Shown here one piece after another: positions 1 through 10,141 of a stretch of 64,000 nt of DNA. The notes under the pieces are model-generated. The model was not told the origin of the DNA. It saw only the letters and a program-made list of their open reading frames with translations, and ran no database searches. Location: contig OZ246956.1 of the NCBI GenBank assembly GCA_965232105.1, positions 386,499 through 450,498 on the forward strand, given 5' to 3'. A program made the translations under genes and the position numbers. This stretch comes from Thermoanaerobaculia bacterium (GTDB lineage: Bacteria; Acidobacteriota; Thermoanaerobaculia; Multivoradales; Multivoraceae). Every line of letters begins with the position of its first letter. Positions within the stretch are counted from its first letter, which is position 1.

Positions 1-38
1 CCGGGGGCCGGAAGTCCAGCCTTCGGAACGCCGCCGCT

Positions 39-785
39 TCAAGGCGGTACGTCGGCCTCCGGAGCCGGAATCACGATCTCCCCGTCGTCGCCCGCCTCGT
101 ACTCGAACGGCTCGCCGTTCACCTCGATCGCCGCTGCGTCGGCGTTGCGGAGTTTGAGACGGATTTCCTCGTCCGCTGTCACGGTCAGGGACTCGCCCTG
201 AACCCGCAGCTCGCTGACCGTGCGCTCGCCGTCGGTGTGAACATCGACCCAACTGGTGGCCCGGAACTCCAGCGTGACCCGCAAGGCCTGCTCGGGCAGC
301 GACTCGGGCGGGGGCGGAGGAGGCGCTGCTTCCGTGATCGGCGGCGCCATCGGCTCCATTTCCTCGGCGCCTTCACCGTCCTGCACGGGAAAGAAGCGCC
401 ACACGAGAAGGGCGAGAATCGCCGCCACGACCAGCACGACCACCCCGGTCCGTCCGAAGGGGGACCGTGGAGACCGCTTCCCCGGATTCTCGATCCCGCC
501 CTCGGAAACGTCCTGGGCGGAAGCGGCGAGAAAGAAGTTGAGCACCTCGTCCGGATCGAGGCCGACGATCCGCGCGTACTCGCGCAGAAAGCCCTTGACG
601 AAGATGGTGGCCGGCAACAGGTCGAAGCGATCCTGCTCTAGAGCCTCCAGATACCGGATGTTGACCTTGCTCGACTGACTGATCGTCTCCAGCTCGACCT
701 GGCGAACTTCACGCTGGCTGCGAAGCCAGGAGCCGAACGACTCTCCCTCGCCAACAGGGGCCGCAGCCTGATTCTCGTCGGTCAT
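39..785 (-). CDS. rodZ: Cytoskeleton protein RodZ-like (N-terminal HTH, transmembrane segment, Pro-rich linker, C-terminal DUF4115-like domain)
   Basis: 248-aa ORF. Has an N-terminal XRE-type HTH ('IRYLEALEQDRFDLLPATIFVKGFLREYARIVGLD'), a hydrophobic TM stretch, a PPPPPP linker and a C-terminal beta-rich domain, which is the RodZ architecture. Confidence 0.7.
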   Translation of the reverse strand: MTDENQAAAPVGEGESFGSWLRSQREVRQVELETISQSSKVNIRYLEALEQDRFDLLPATIFVKGFLREYARIVGLDPDEVLNFFLAASAQDVSEGGIENPGKRSPRSPFGRTGVVVLVVAAILALLVWRFFPVQDGEGAEEMEPMAPPITEAAPPPPPPESLPEQALRVTLEFRATSWVDVHTDGERTVSELRVQGESLTVTADEEIRLKLRNADAAAIEVNGEPFEYEAGDDGEIVIPAPEADVPP

Positions 786-939
786 ATCCCCATCGGTGTC
801 GTTGGCGCCCGGCTGGCTGACCTATTCTAGTCTCTCCCCGTTTCAGGGCCGCCACAGCTTGACTCTCGGCTGATACGCTCACTGGCCCGCACACGCGCCC
901 CCTGACCGCTGGGACCGCGACCGGGCGCGCCCGTACCGC

Positions 940-3012
940 ATGAGGATACCGCCAAGCATCCAACACAGTCTGGCCAGCGGTGACATCGACGCGGTCGAGG
1001 CAGAGTGGCTGGCCGCGGTCGACGGGGAGATCGCGGTCGAGACATTCCTCGCCATCACGAACGGACTGGTTCGACTCGACGAAGGGGAGCGGGTCGGGAC
1101 CCTGCTCGAACTGCTCGACGACCAACTCCAGGATCGTGGCCAGTGGGCGGAACGTCTCGATCTGATCCGCGGCGCAGGCAGCCGGTATCTGCGTAGCGGC
1201 CAGGTCTACGAAACCGTTCTCGACACGCTGCACGAGCTCTACCGGGACCGCGAGTCCGACCTGAGCGAGCTACTGCACGAGCTCGGCCTGGACCGGGGAC
1301 GGCAGGAGACCGTCAAGCTCTGGGACAAGGTGGACCGGCTCCGCAACCTGCTGGCCTTCCAGCGCGGTGACATCGTCGAAATGACAGGCAGGGGGGTCGG
1401 TCGCATCGCCGAGGTGAACATGCCGCTGCAGACCTTCAAGGTCGACCTCGAGAAGGCGAACGGAGTCGCGGTCGGCTTCCGCGCCGCCGGCAAGATGCTC
1501 ACCCTGCTACCCCCGGAGCATGTCCTGCGGCGCAAACTCGAAGAGCCGGAGGAACTGGCGGCGATGAAGCCGCCCGCGCTGCTCGAACGGACGCTCAAGA
1601 GCTACGACCGCCCACTGACGGGCGCCGAAGTGCGGGCCATCGTCGTCGGCATCATTCCCGCGCGCCGCTGGTCGAGCTGGTGGACCAGCGCCCGGAAGCA
1701 GGCCCAGGTCCTGTCATCCGGCGGCTCCCGGCAGACCTACCGCTGGGTCGAAGCCACGGACGCCGAGAGCTCCCTCTGGCAGGAGTTCGAGCAAGCGACC
1801 CCTCGCGCCAGGATCGGCTTGCTGCGACGCGCGGCGAACCAGTCGCAGGAACTGAGGGATCGGATGGCGGCGTTTCTGGACGACCTGGGCCAGGGTCTGG
1901 CACGCGGACAGCCCGCGCTCGCATTCGAGATTCGCTGTGCTCTGGAGCGCTTCGGCGCCGAGCCGACATGGCCGGCGGAGGAACTCCTGGCCAGCCTGAA
2001 GGATCCGCTGAACTTCTTCGCGTCGATCGACCCGCGCGGACCACGTGAACAGGCCTACCGTGTCCTGCCCGACTGTCGAAGCGACTGGCGCGACGTGCTC
2101 GAGAAACGCTTCCTCCTGGAGACCGACACGAAGGCGATCGGCACGATCGCCGAGTTGATCGACGAGGAGTTGCTGCGCCGCTGCGCGGCGCGCGCTCAGG
2201 TCCAGCCGCACCGCACGCCGGCCGCCTTCACCTGGCTGGCGGAGGGGGCCGCGACCGACCCGGCACTGCGCGACGGCCGGCAGAACCGTCTCCTCAATCT
2301 GTTGATTCAGGCGCTGAGGAACGAAGCCTTCGCTCCATTTCGACTCCGCCTCAAGGCCCTGTTCGACTCCGGCGGCACCGTGCCCAAGCTGCTGCCCGAA
2401 CTGACCCTGGAGGAGGCTCGGCAAGCCGAGGTCTCGATACGCCACGCGGCGCTCGAGGACTACCGGCGGGAGCCACTGCTCACGGCGCTGCACCTGAAGT
2501 TCCCCGACCTGCTGGCCGACCAGGACGACGACGACGATCTCTACGCCCTGCCGGCTTCGATCGCCGCAAAGCGGGAGAGGTTGCGCGAGCTGGTCGAGGA
2601 GGAGTTGCCCGCCAATCGCAAGGCGATCGAGGAAGCGCGTGCCCTGGGCGACCTCCGAGAGAACTTCGAGTACAAGTCCGCGCGCCAGCGCCACGAGTAC
2701 CTGACTTCCCTGGCCACCGAACTGCAACAGGACCTCCAGCGTTCCACGCCAATCGACCTCGCCGCCGCCGCCTGCGACAAGCTCCGAATTGGCAACCAGG
2801 CGATCCTGGAGTCCGAAACCGGCGAGCAGCGCACTCTGGCCATCCTCGGCCCCTGGGAGAGCGCCCCCGAGCGCGGAGTCATCTCGTACGAATCCGATCT
2901 CGCCCTCAAGCTGCTGGGATCCGAGCCGGGCGCCGAGGTCGAGATGAACGGAGAGACGTTCACGGTACAGGCGATCGAGACCCTGGCAAGCGCCACTCCG
3001 GCGCCGGAGTAG
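940..3012 (+). CDS. Large (690 aa) protein with a C-terminal GreA/GreB-like domain and a long helical N-terminal region of unknown function
   Basis: The C-terminal ~130 aa read 'GDLRENFEYKSARQRHEYLTSLATELQ...ILGPWESAPERGVISYESDLALKLLGSEPGAEVEM' and match the Gre factor coiled-coil tip plus FKBP-like domain. The N-terminal ~550 aa have no recognisable family. Confidence 0.6.
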   Translation: MRIPPSIQHSLASGDIDAVEAEWLAAVDGEIAVETFLAITNGLVRLDEGERVGTLLELLDDQLQDRGQWAERLDLIRGAGSRYLRSGQVYETVLDTLHELYRDRESDLSELLHELGLDRGRQETVKLWDKVDRLRNLLAFQRGDIVEMTGRGVGRIAEVNMPLQTFKVDLEKANGVAVGFRAAGKMLTLLPPEHVLRRKLEEPEELAAMKPPALLERTLKSYDRPLTGAEVRAIVVGIIPARRWSSWWTSARKQAQVLSSGGSRQTYRWVEATDAESSLWQEFEQATPRARIGLLRRAANQSQELRDRMAAFLDDLGQGLARGQPALAFEIRCALERFGAEPTWPAEELLASLKDPLNFFASIDPRGPREQAYRVLPDCRSDWRDVLEKRFLLETDTKAIGTIAELIDEELLRRCAARAQVQPHRTPAAFTWLAEGAATDPALRDGRQNRLLNLLIQALRNEAFAPFRLRLKALFDSGGTVPKLLPELTLEEARQAEVSIRHAALEDYRREPLLTALHLKFPDLLADQDDDDDLYALPASIAAKRERLRELVEEELPANRKAIEEARALGDLRENFEYKSARQRHEYLTSLATELQQDLQRSTPIDLAAAACDKLRIGNQAILESETGEQRTLAILGPWESAPERGVISYESDLALKLLGSEPGAEVEMNGETFTVQAIETLASATPAPE

Positions 3013-3074
3013 AGACGTTTCGCTCCGCCCCGTCTCGGCTACGTAAACGCACCGAATGCTAGACTTATGGCGAA

Positions 3075-3380
3075 GTGTCTCTGGATGTCGAGGAGGTTCG
3101 GCGGATAGCTGAACTGGCGAGGCTGCGGCTCTCGGCCGCTGAGGAAGCGAGGTTCGCGTCCCAGCTTTCCGAGATCGTCGACTACATCGACCAGCTCAGT
3201 GCGTTCAGCGCGGGGGCCGCTCCGGCGGACGACAGCGAACCGGAGGGGACCGGCGACGCCAACGATGTGCCGGCGGAAGGCCGCCCGCTTCTCGACGACT
3301 TTCTGGACAACGCACCCGCCTCCCTCGACCGTTTCCTTCTCGTGCCACAGGTCAAGGCAACGCCCGGCGGCGCCGAGTGA
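3075..3380 (+). CDS. gatC: Asp-tRNA(Asn)/Glu-tRNA(Gln) amidotransferase subunit C
   Basis: 101-aa ORF starting 'MSLDVEEVRRIAELARLRLSAAEEARF...IVDYIDQL', a typical GatC. It sits immediately upstream of gatA, and its stop overlaps the gatA start. Confidence 0.85.
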   Translation: MSLDVEEVRRIAELARLRLSAAEEARFASQLSEIVDYIDQLSAFSAGAAPADDSEPEGTGDANDVPAEGRPLLDDFLDNAPASLDRFLLVPQVKATPGGAE

Positions 3381-4837
3381 GGCCTATGATGACCGCCGAA
3401 GCCCTGGCAGACGCCGTCCGTTCGGGTGAGCGCACCGCCGTCGGGACGGTCGAGCAGGCATTCGCGCGCATCGACCAGGTCGACGCTTCGGTCGGAGCCT
3501 TCCTCGAAGTCTGGCGGGACCAGGCGGTCGAACGGGCGGCCGACATCGACCGTCGCCGGGATTCCGGGGAATCCCTCGGCCCTCTGGCCGGTGTGCCCAC
3601 GGCGCTCAAGGACAACCTGTCGCTGGCCGGACACGAGTTGAACTGCGGCTCCCGAATCCTCTCCAGCTACCGCGCGCCCTACACCGCCGGCGCCGTAGAG
3701 CGTCTGCTGGCTGCCGACGCCGTGCCGGTCGGCCGCGTGAACATGGACGAGTTCGCGATGGGTTCTTCGTGCGAGAACTCCGGCCTGGCCGACACCCGCA
3801 ATCCCTGGGATCTGGACATGGCGCCCGGTGGTTCGAGCGGAGGTTCCGCGGCCGCGGTCGCGGCGACCGAGGTGCCCCTTGCTCTGGGCTCCGATACCGG
3901 AGGCTCGATCCGGCAACCAGCCGCTTTCTGCGGTGTCGTAGGCGTCAAGCCAACCTACGGCCGCGTTTCCCGCTACGGCCTCGTGGCCTTCGCCTCGTCC
4001 CTCGACCAGATCGGACCGCTCGCCCGAAACGTGCGGGACGCCGCGCTGGCGCTCGGCGCCATTGCCGGTCCCGACCCCCGCGATTCCACGTGCAGCGCAC
4101 TGCCGGTCGAGGACTATCTCGAATCGATCGAAGACGGCATCGAAGGCCTGACGGTCGGCACGATCCGCGAAGTCCGGACCTCTGCATTGGACGAGGACGC
4201 GGCGGAGGGCTATCAGCGGGCGCTCGACGCACTCGAGACAGCCGGCGCCCAGCTGGCCGAGGTGAGCATTCCCTTGATCGACGCGGCGGTGGCCACCTAC
4301 TACGTACTCGCCAATAGCGAGGCCAGCGCGAACCTGGCCCGCTTCGACGGCAGTCGCTATGGACACCGGGCCGCCAGCGCCCGTTCCCTCCAGAGGATGT
4401 ACACCGACAGCCGGAGCGAGGGCTTCGGCAGCGAGGTCAAGCGCCGCATCATCCTGGGTACGTTCGCGCTCTCCTCCGGCTACTACGACGCCTACTACGG
4501 CCGCGCCGCGCGCATCGCCGGGGCGATGCGGCAGCAGTTCGTGGAGGCCTTCGAAACCGTCGACCTCCTGGTGACTCCAACCTGTCCCTCGGGCGCCTTC
4601 GCCCGTGGAGAACGGGTGGACGACCCGCTGGCCATGTACCTGTCCGACGTCTTCACCACGCCGCCCAGCCTGGTCGGGATTCCCGGAGTCTCGGTACCGT
4701 GCGGCCTGGACAGGCGAGGCCTTCCCCTGGGTCTTCAAATCCTCGCCCCGCCCTTCGCCGACGCGATGGCTCTGCGGGCAGCGAGAACGGTCGAGCTGAC
4801 TATCGGTTTCGAGTGCAACCCGGAGGCGATTCCATGA
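3377..4837 (+). CDS. gatA: Glutamyl-tRNA(Gln) amidotransferase subunit A (amidase signature family)
   Basis: 486 aa with the amidase signature 'GGSSGGSAAAVA' and the Ser-cisSer-Lys context, next to gatC. Start is GTG at 3377; ATG at 3386 is an alternative. Confidence 0.9.
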   Translation: MRPMMTAEALADAVRSGERTAVGTVEQAFARIDQVDASVGAFLEVWRDQAVERAADIDRRRDSGESLGPLAGVPTALKDNLSLAGHELNCGSRILSSYRAPYTAGAVERLLAADAVPVGRVNMDEFAMGSSCENSGLADTRNPWDLDMAPGGSSGGSAAAVAATEVPLALGSDTGGSIRQPAAFCGVVGVKPTYGRVSRYGLVAFASSLDQIGPLARNVRDAALALGAIAGPDPRDSTCSALPVEDYLESIEDGIEGLTVGTIREVRTSALDEDAAEGYQRALDALETAGAQLAEVSIPLIDAAVATYYVLANSEASANLARFDGSRYGHRAASARSLQRMYTDSRSEGFGSEVKRRIILGTFALSSGYYDAYYGRAARIAGAMRQQFVEAFETVDLLVTPTCPSGAFARGERVDDPLAMYLSDVFTTPPSLVGIPGVSVPCGLDRRGLPLGLQILAPPFADAMALRAARTVELTIGFECNPEAIP

Positions 4838-6609
4838 AGGTCCGCACGACAATCGTCTGCGCCGCGGCTCTCGCCCTTGTCCTGCCAGCGGCGGGGGCAG
4901 GTGCGACGAAGCGGGTCGCGGTACCCGAGATCGGTTCGCCGACACCGGTCGCCGTGATGACCGGAAACGGCAGAATCCACATCGAGGCGAAACCGCGCGC
5001 CAACGAAGGCCTGCTCGCCTTCGCGCAGCGACTCTGCGGCAACGCGAGGCACTCCTCGGCGCTTAGCCGCGCCAACGGCGGCGTACGGCGCCTGAAGCGC
5101 GGTGTCCGCTACAGGATTCCCTTCGATCTGCTGCCGAAGGCAAGCCAGCAGGTGACGATTCGTGCCCTGCTGCCGAAGGACCAGGCGGTAGCCGACGGCT
5201 GGAAGCACCAAGTGTCGTCTTCCCGGCGCGGCCGCGATGCGGAGAGCCTGTGGAGCATCGCCGAGTGGTTCACGGGCTCCGGCGAGAACCACCGGGTGCT
5301 GCGGCAGGCGAACAGCCTGACCAGCAACGTGATCCGTCCCGGCCAGACAATCCTCGTCCCTCGCCGCATCCTCACTGAACCCTTTGTCGGCATGCTGCCC
5401 GCGCCGGCGCCCCGAACGGCGACCGTCCCCGCCAGGTCCGAAGCGACACCCTTCGCCGGCTACGGATCGGACGAGAACGGCAAGTACGCGAGCTACCGAC
5501 TGAAGGCGGGCGAGGCCCTCTACTCGAGCGTCGTCATGCGATTCACCGGCCGTCTCTTCGCCAGCGACGTGAACGAGCTGGTGCGGGAGATCAAGCAGCG
5601 CAACAGGATCGGCGATGTCAGGGACTTGCCGGTCGGCTACGAAGTCAGGATCCCCCTCGACCTGCTCTCGGCGCGCTACCTGCCGCCGGACCATCCGCGC
5701 CGCGTGGAGTGGGAGGCGCAACGCGCCGCCGGAGAGCAAATCGAGAACGAGGTTCTGGCGCTGGACCTCGACGGCGTGACCGTGGTGCTCGACGCCGGCC
5801 ACGGTGGACGGGACATCGGTGCGCCGGTAGGCGGCCTGTGGGAGAGCAACTACGTCTACGACATCATGCTGCGGACCAAGAAGGTGCTGGAAAGCCGCAC
5901 CGCCGCCACCGTCGTGCCGACGACCCGCGAGGGCTCGACGTTCCGCATCAGCGACGCCGACGTGCTGCCGAAGTCCCGGGGCCACGCCGTGCTGACGAAT
6001 CCGCCCTACCGGATCGACGACGCCAGGGTGGCAACGAACTTCCGCTGGTACCTGGCGAACTGGGTCTACGACCAACGTCGAAAGGCGGGAATCGACCCCG
6101 GCCAGGTGATCTTCATCTCGATTCACGCGGACTCTCTGCACCCTTCGCTGCGAGGCGCAATGGTCTACATTCCGGGACTGGTCGGCATCACGAACAACTA
6201 CGGCAAGAGTGGAGCTCCCTACACCTCCCGCCGCGAAGTCAGAGCGGCGCCGCGGGTTTCCTTTACGCGCAACGAACGGACCACGAGCAAGGGGCTGTCG
6301 CGCGATCTGGCCGAACACATGCTGGCCAGCTTCAGGGACGCGGACCTGGCGATCCATCACAACCGTCCGATCCGGGACCGGATCTTCCAGGGGCGCCGGG
6401 TCTACGTGCCGGCACAGCTCCGTTTCAACCGCGTACCCGCCAAGATCCTGCTCGAAGTCGGCAACCTGGGCAACGAACAGGATCGCCGGCTGATGAAGAC
6501 CCGCGCCTACCGGCAGCGCGTCGCCGAGGCCATCGTCGACGGCATCCTGGCGTACTACGGCGTGCCCCAGGGCAGCGCCAGCCGCACGGTCACTGCCGGC
6601 GGCAGTTGA
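4834..6609 (+). CDS. N-acetylmuramoyl-L-alanine amidase (Amidase_3) with signal peptide and two LysM-like repeats
   Basis: Signal peptide 'MKVRTTIVCAAALALVLPAAGAGA'. Two LysM-like segments. C-terminal Amidase_3 hallmarks 'VVLDAGHGGRDIGA' and 'ISIHADS'. The ATG at 4834 overlaps the gatA stop (ATGA), with a GGAGG ribosome-binding site (RBS). Confidence 0.8.
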   Translation: MKVRTTIVCAAALALVLPAAGAGATKRVAVPEIGSPTPVAVMTGNGRIHIEAKPRANEGLLAFAQRLCGNARHSSALSRANGGVRRLKRGVRYRIPFDLLPKASQQVTIRALLPKDQAVADGWKHQVSSSRRGRDAESLWSIAEWFTGSGENHRVLRQANSLTSNVIRPGQTILVPRRILTEPFVGMLPAPAPRTATVPARSEATPFAGYGSDENGKYASYRLKAGEALYSSVVMRFTGRLFASDVNELVREIKQRNRIGDVRDLPVGYEVRIPLDLLSARYLPPDHPRRVEWEAQRAAGEQIENEVLALDLDGVTVVLDAGHGGRDIGAPVGGLWESNYVYDIMLRTKKVLESRTAATVVPTTREGSTFRISDADVLPKSRGHAVLTNPPYRIDDARVATNFRWYLANWVYDQRRKAGIDPGQVIFISIHADSLHPSLRGAMVYIPGLVGITNNYGKSGAPYTSRREVRAAPRVSFTRNERTTSKGLSRDLAEHMLASFRDADLAIHHNRPIRDRIFQGRRVYVPAQLRFNRVPAKILLEVGNLGNEQDRRLMKTRAYRQRVAEAIVDGILAYYGVPQGSASRTVTAGGS

Positions 6610-6637
6610 CGCAGGCGGGCAATCGCCCGTACGGCGC

Positions 6638-7261
6638 TCAATAGCGACGCATCAGCCCGACGACCACGCCTTGCACGCTTAGTTGGTCAGCGGGCACGTA
6701 GATGGGCTCCATCTCCCCGTTCGCCGGCTGCAGCCGGACCGTCGCACCTTCGGGGTAGTACCGCTTGAGGGTCGCCTCGTCATTGACGAGGGCGACGATC
6801 AACTCACCGGCGTGGGCCTCTTCCCGCCTGGCGATGACCACCAGGTCACCGTCACAGATGCCGTCGTCGACCATCGAGTCGCCTTCAACCTGGAGCACAT
6901 AGTGCCGGCCGGCAGCACCCCCGGTGAGCAGGTGCTCGGGGACGGAGAGGTCGTCTACGCCGGCCACCGCCTCGATCGGTTGTCCGGCCGCGATCCGGCC
7001 GTGGAAGGGAACGGCGAAAGGCGCCGAACGACGGGAACGGAGCGTCTTCTCGGTCAGCTCGAGGCCGCGCTTCTGGTTCCAGCCGCCCCGAAGGTAGCCC
7101 TTCTGCCGCAGCAGCTTGAGGTGTTTGTGGACGGTGCCGTAGGAGCGGTAGCCGAACCGGCGCCGGATCTCCAGGTGCGTGGGCGCTACGCCCCGCGCGG
7201 AAACGAACTCGCACACGAAGTCGAGAATCTGCTTCTGCCGCTCGGTCAGAAAGTCATCCAT
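6638..7261 (-). CDS. lexA: LexA repressor (SOS regulator, S24 peptidase)
   Basis: 207 aa with an N-terminal winged HTH, the cleavage site 'AAG', the catalytic 'GDSM' Ser and a downstream Lys ('TLKRY'). Confidence 0.9.
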   Translation of the reverse strand: MDDFLTERQKQILDFVCEFVSARGVAPTHLEIRRRFGYRSYGTVHKHLKLLRQKGYLRGGWNQKRGLELTEKTLRSRRSAPFAVPFHGRIAAGQPIEAVAGVDDLSVPEHLLTGGAAGRHYVLQVEGDSMVDDGICDGDLVVIARREEAHAGELIVALVNDEATLKRYYPEGATVRLQPANGEMEPIYVPADQLSVQGVVVGLMRRY

Positions 7262-7322
7262 CGACGAGCGATGCTAGACGGAAACCGAGCGTAAGACAAG
7301 CGGCGCATACACTACCCCACCG

Positions 7323-8615
7323 ATGGCCCGGCACCTGGAGCAGCACGAACTCGCCAACGGCCTGCGCGTCGTGCTTCACGAAGACCGGCGCCTGCCGCTG
7401 GCGGCCGTCAACATCTGGTACCACGTCGGCTCGAAGAACGAGGTCGCCGGCAGCACCGGACTGGCCCACCTGTTCGAACACATGCTGTTCCAGGGCTCAG
7501 CGCATGTCTCCGAGAACGGACACTTCGAGCACATCCAGAGCGTCGGCGGCGTCGCCAACGGCTCGACCTGGTACGACCGCACGAACTACTACGAGACTCT
7601 GCCCTCCAACCATCTCGAGCTCGGCCTGTGGCTGGAATCCGACCGTCTCGGTTTCCTGCTCGAGGCCCTGACTCAGGAGAAGTTCGAGAACCAGCTCTCC
7701 GTGGTGATGAACGAGCGGCTGCAGCGCGTCGACAACCAGCCCTACGGGCTTGCCATCGAACGGCTCAGCGAACTGCTCTACCGCCAGAGCGACGGCAGCA
7801 ACCATCCGTACGCCTGGCCGGTGATCGGCTACATGGAGGACCTCGAGGCAGCGACCCTCGACGGGGTCCGGGACTTCTTCCGCACCTGGTACCGGCCGAA
7901 CAACGCGGTCCTGACCCTGGCCGGCGACATCGACAGCGCCCGCGCCCTCGATCAGGCAAGGCGCTACTTCGAAGACATCCCGGCCGGACCGCTGCCCCCG
8001 GCGCCGAACATCGACCCCGTGGCCGAAATCGGCCCGCAAGGGACGGCGCGGGAGATCCTCGAGGACACGATCGAGTTGCCCCGCTCCTACTCCGCCTGGT
8101 GTCTGGACGGCTACGGCAGCGACGACTGGCACGCCGGTGCGATGCTGGCGACGATCCTCTCAGCCGGGATGATGAGCAGGCTCCACCGCGACATGGTCTA
8201 CGAGCGCCAGATCGCGCAGTCCGTGTCCGCGATGATCCTGCCGACGGAGGTCTGCGCCATGTTCGCCGTCGTCGCCACCTGCCAGAGCCGCGAGCCCGAC
8301 CCTCTCGGAAACGCCGAGGCCGTCGAGCAGGCTGTCCTCGAACACATCGCAGCGATTCGGGCGAAGGGTCCGACCGAGTCCGAACTCGAGCGGGCACGGC
8401 GGATCCTGCTGCTCGACTACCGCGACAGTGAACAGGATCTCGCTCTGTGCGCCGACCGGCTGTCCGCGGCGGCGACCTACCTCGGCGATCCCGCCCTCGC
8501 CTGGACCGAACCGGATCGGTTGCTCCGCGTTGATGCAGAGCAGATTCGCGGCCTGGCCGAGCGCACTCTCGGCCAGGAACGTCGCGCAGCCGTCGTCGTG
8601 GTGCCCAAGGCGTGA
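7323..8615 (+). CDS. M16 family zinc peptidase (active subunit, HxxEH motif)
   Basis: 'GLAHLFEHMLFQGS' carries the inverted zinc-binding motif HxxEH of pitrilysin/insulinase-like peptidases. Its stop overlaps the start of the second M16 gene. Confidence 0.85.
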   Translation: MARHLEQHELANGLRVVLHEDRRLPLAAVNIWYHVGSKNEVAGSTGLAHLFEHMLFQGSAHVSENGHFEHIQSVGGVANGSTWYDRTNYYETLPSNHLELGLWLESDRLGFLLEALTQEKFENQLSVVMNERLQRVDNQPYGLAIERLSELLYRQSDGSNHPYAWPVIGYMEDLEAATLDGVRDFFRTWYRPNNAVLTLAGDIDSARALDQARRYFEDIPAGPLPPAPNIDPVAEIGPQGTAREILEDTIELPRSYSAWCLDGYGSDDWHAGAMLATILSAGMMSRLHRDMVYERQIAQSVSAMILPTEVCAMFAVVATCQSREPDPLGNAEAVEQAVLEHIAAIRAKGPTESELERARRILLLDYRDSEQDLALCADRLSAAATYLGDPALAWTEPDRLLRVDAEQIRGLAERTLGQERRAAVVVVPKA

Positions 8616-9997
8616 ACACCGCGACCTCCGCGACGCTCGACCGCAGCCGGCCTCCCGCCCCGGCACGCAGCCGGCCCTGCGCCTTCCCCCCGTTCGAACA
8701 GGAGCGGCTCGGGTCCGGCGTCCGGCTATGGACGATCGACGTCCCCGGACGCAATCTCGTCACCGCCACGCTGCTCCTGCCCGGCGGCAGCGAACTCGAT
8801 CCTCCCCACCTGGCAGGGCTCGCCTCGTTCACGGCAGGACTTCGCAGCAAGGGCACGAGCCGGCGCACGGCGCTCGAGTTCGCTGCCGCGGCCGAGGACC
8901 TGGGGACCGGCGTCTCGTCTTCCTGCTCGTGGGAGATGGCGGGAATCGGCACGACGATCCGCTCGGAGGATGTAGCCACCGGTCTGGAGCTGGTCGCCGA
9001 GGCCGCCCTGCAACCGACCTTCAGCGCGGAGGAGATCGAACGCGCCCGCCGGCGCCGGCTCGCCGAACTCGACCGGCGGCGCAGCGACCCTGCGAGTCTG
9101 GCCCGGGCAGCCTTCGCGCACGCCGTCTACGACCCGACGCCCTACGGCAAGGCGGCGATCGGCGATCACGAGACCATACGGGCCATCACCCGAAGCGAAA
9201 TCGTGGCGTTTCATGACGGGGCGCTCGCCGCGCGTTCCTGCCACCTGATCGCGGTCGGCGACCTGGGGGCGGGGCGGGTACGCGAAGCGATCGAGGAGAA
9301 GATCGAACGCCAGCTTCGATCCCACGGCAAGCGCTTCGACGACGAGCCGGCCTGTCTCGCACCGCCCAACCCGACGACAGACGGCCGCCGCGTCGTGATC
9401 GTGGACCGCCCCGACGCCGCGCAGACGCAGTTGCGCGTCGGCCATGTCGGGATACCGCGCCGCCATCCCGACCGCATCCCGATCCAGGTCGCCAACTCCA
9501 TCCTCGGCGGCAAGTTCATCAGCCGTCTGAATCTCAGCCTGAGAGAGCGGCACGGCTACACCTACGGCGTCTCCAGCAGTTTCAGTTCCCGCCGGGGCCC
9601 GGGACCGTTCGTCGTAGGCACGGCGGTGGCCAACGAGGTAACGGGCGCAGCCTGCCGGGAGATCGTCGGTGAACTCGAACGTCTCCGGGGTGAACCACCT
9701 GATCAGGCGGAACTCGACGACGCCCGCAACTACCTGGTCGGCGTGTTTCCCTACACCCTGCAGACGATCCAGAATCTCGCCTCCCGGCTGCAGGCGCTCG
9801 CTACCTTCGACCTGGACCATGACGAGTACGAACTCTGGCCCGACCGGATCCGCGCCACGACCCGAGAAGACGTCCACGAAGTCTGCCGGCGCCATCTCTT
9901 CCCGGACCGGCTGGTCGTGACCGCGGTGGGTCCGGTCTCCGAACTCGCACCGCAACTCGAGAACCTGGGAACGATCGAGGTTCAGCCGGCCGGGTGA
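8612..9997 (+). CDS. M16 family peptidase, second (non-catalytic, beta-like) subunit
   Basis: 461 aa with the M16 fold but without HxxEH. It is translationally coupled (ATGA) to the upstream M16 gene, forming a typical two-subunit M16 pair. Confidence 0.75.
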   Translation: MNTATSATLDRSRPPAPARSRPCAFPPFEQERLGSGVRLWTIDVPGRNLVTATLLLPGGSELDPPHLAGLASFTAGLRSKGTSRRTALEFAAAAEDLGTGVSSSCSWEMAGIGTTIRSEDVATGLELVAEAALQPTFSAEEIERARRRRLAELDRRRSDPASLARAAFAHAVYDPTPYGKAAIGDHETIRAITRSEIVAFHDGALAARSCHLIAVGDLGAGRVREAIEEKIERQLRSHGKRFDDEPACLAPPNPTTDGRRVVIVDRPDAAQTQLRVGHVGIPRRHPDRIPIQVANSILGGKFISRLNLSLRERHGYTYGVSSSFSSRRGPGPFVVGTAVANEVTGAACREIVGELERLRGEPPDQAELDDARNYLVGVFPYTLQTIQNLASRLQALATFDLDHDEYELWPDRIRATTREDVHEVCRRHLFPDRLVVTAVGPVSELAPQLENLGTIEVQPAG

Positions 9998-10141
9998 AGG
10001 CCGGCGCGGCGGCCCTCGCCGGCTCGGTTGCGTGGTATCTTCTGCGGCTGTTTCCAAGCCTGAGATCCGCGTCCCGCAGGGTGGCCGGATCCCGACCAAC
10101 CGCGACTCGAGCGGGCTCCCACACAAGGCCCGCGTACGCCA

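Noticed and set aside
7262-7322. Search for a LexA (SOS) box upstream of lexA
   Set aside because: No CTGT-N8-ACAG, GAAC-N4-GTTC, GTTC-N7-GTTC or other convincing palindrome was found in the 61-nt lexA/M16 divergent spacer. The operator may be lineage-specific and unrecognisable by eye, so no site is claimed.
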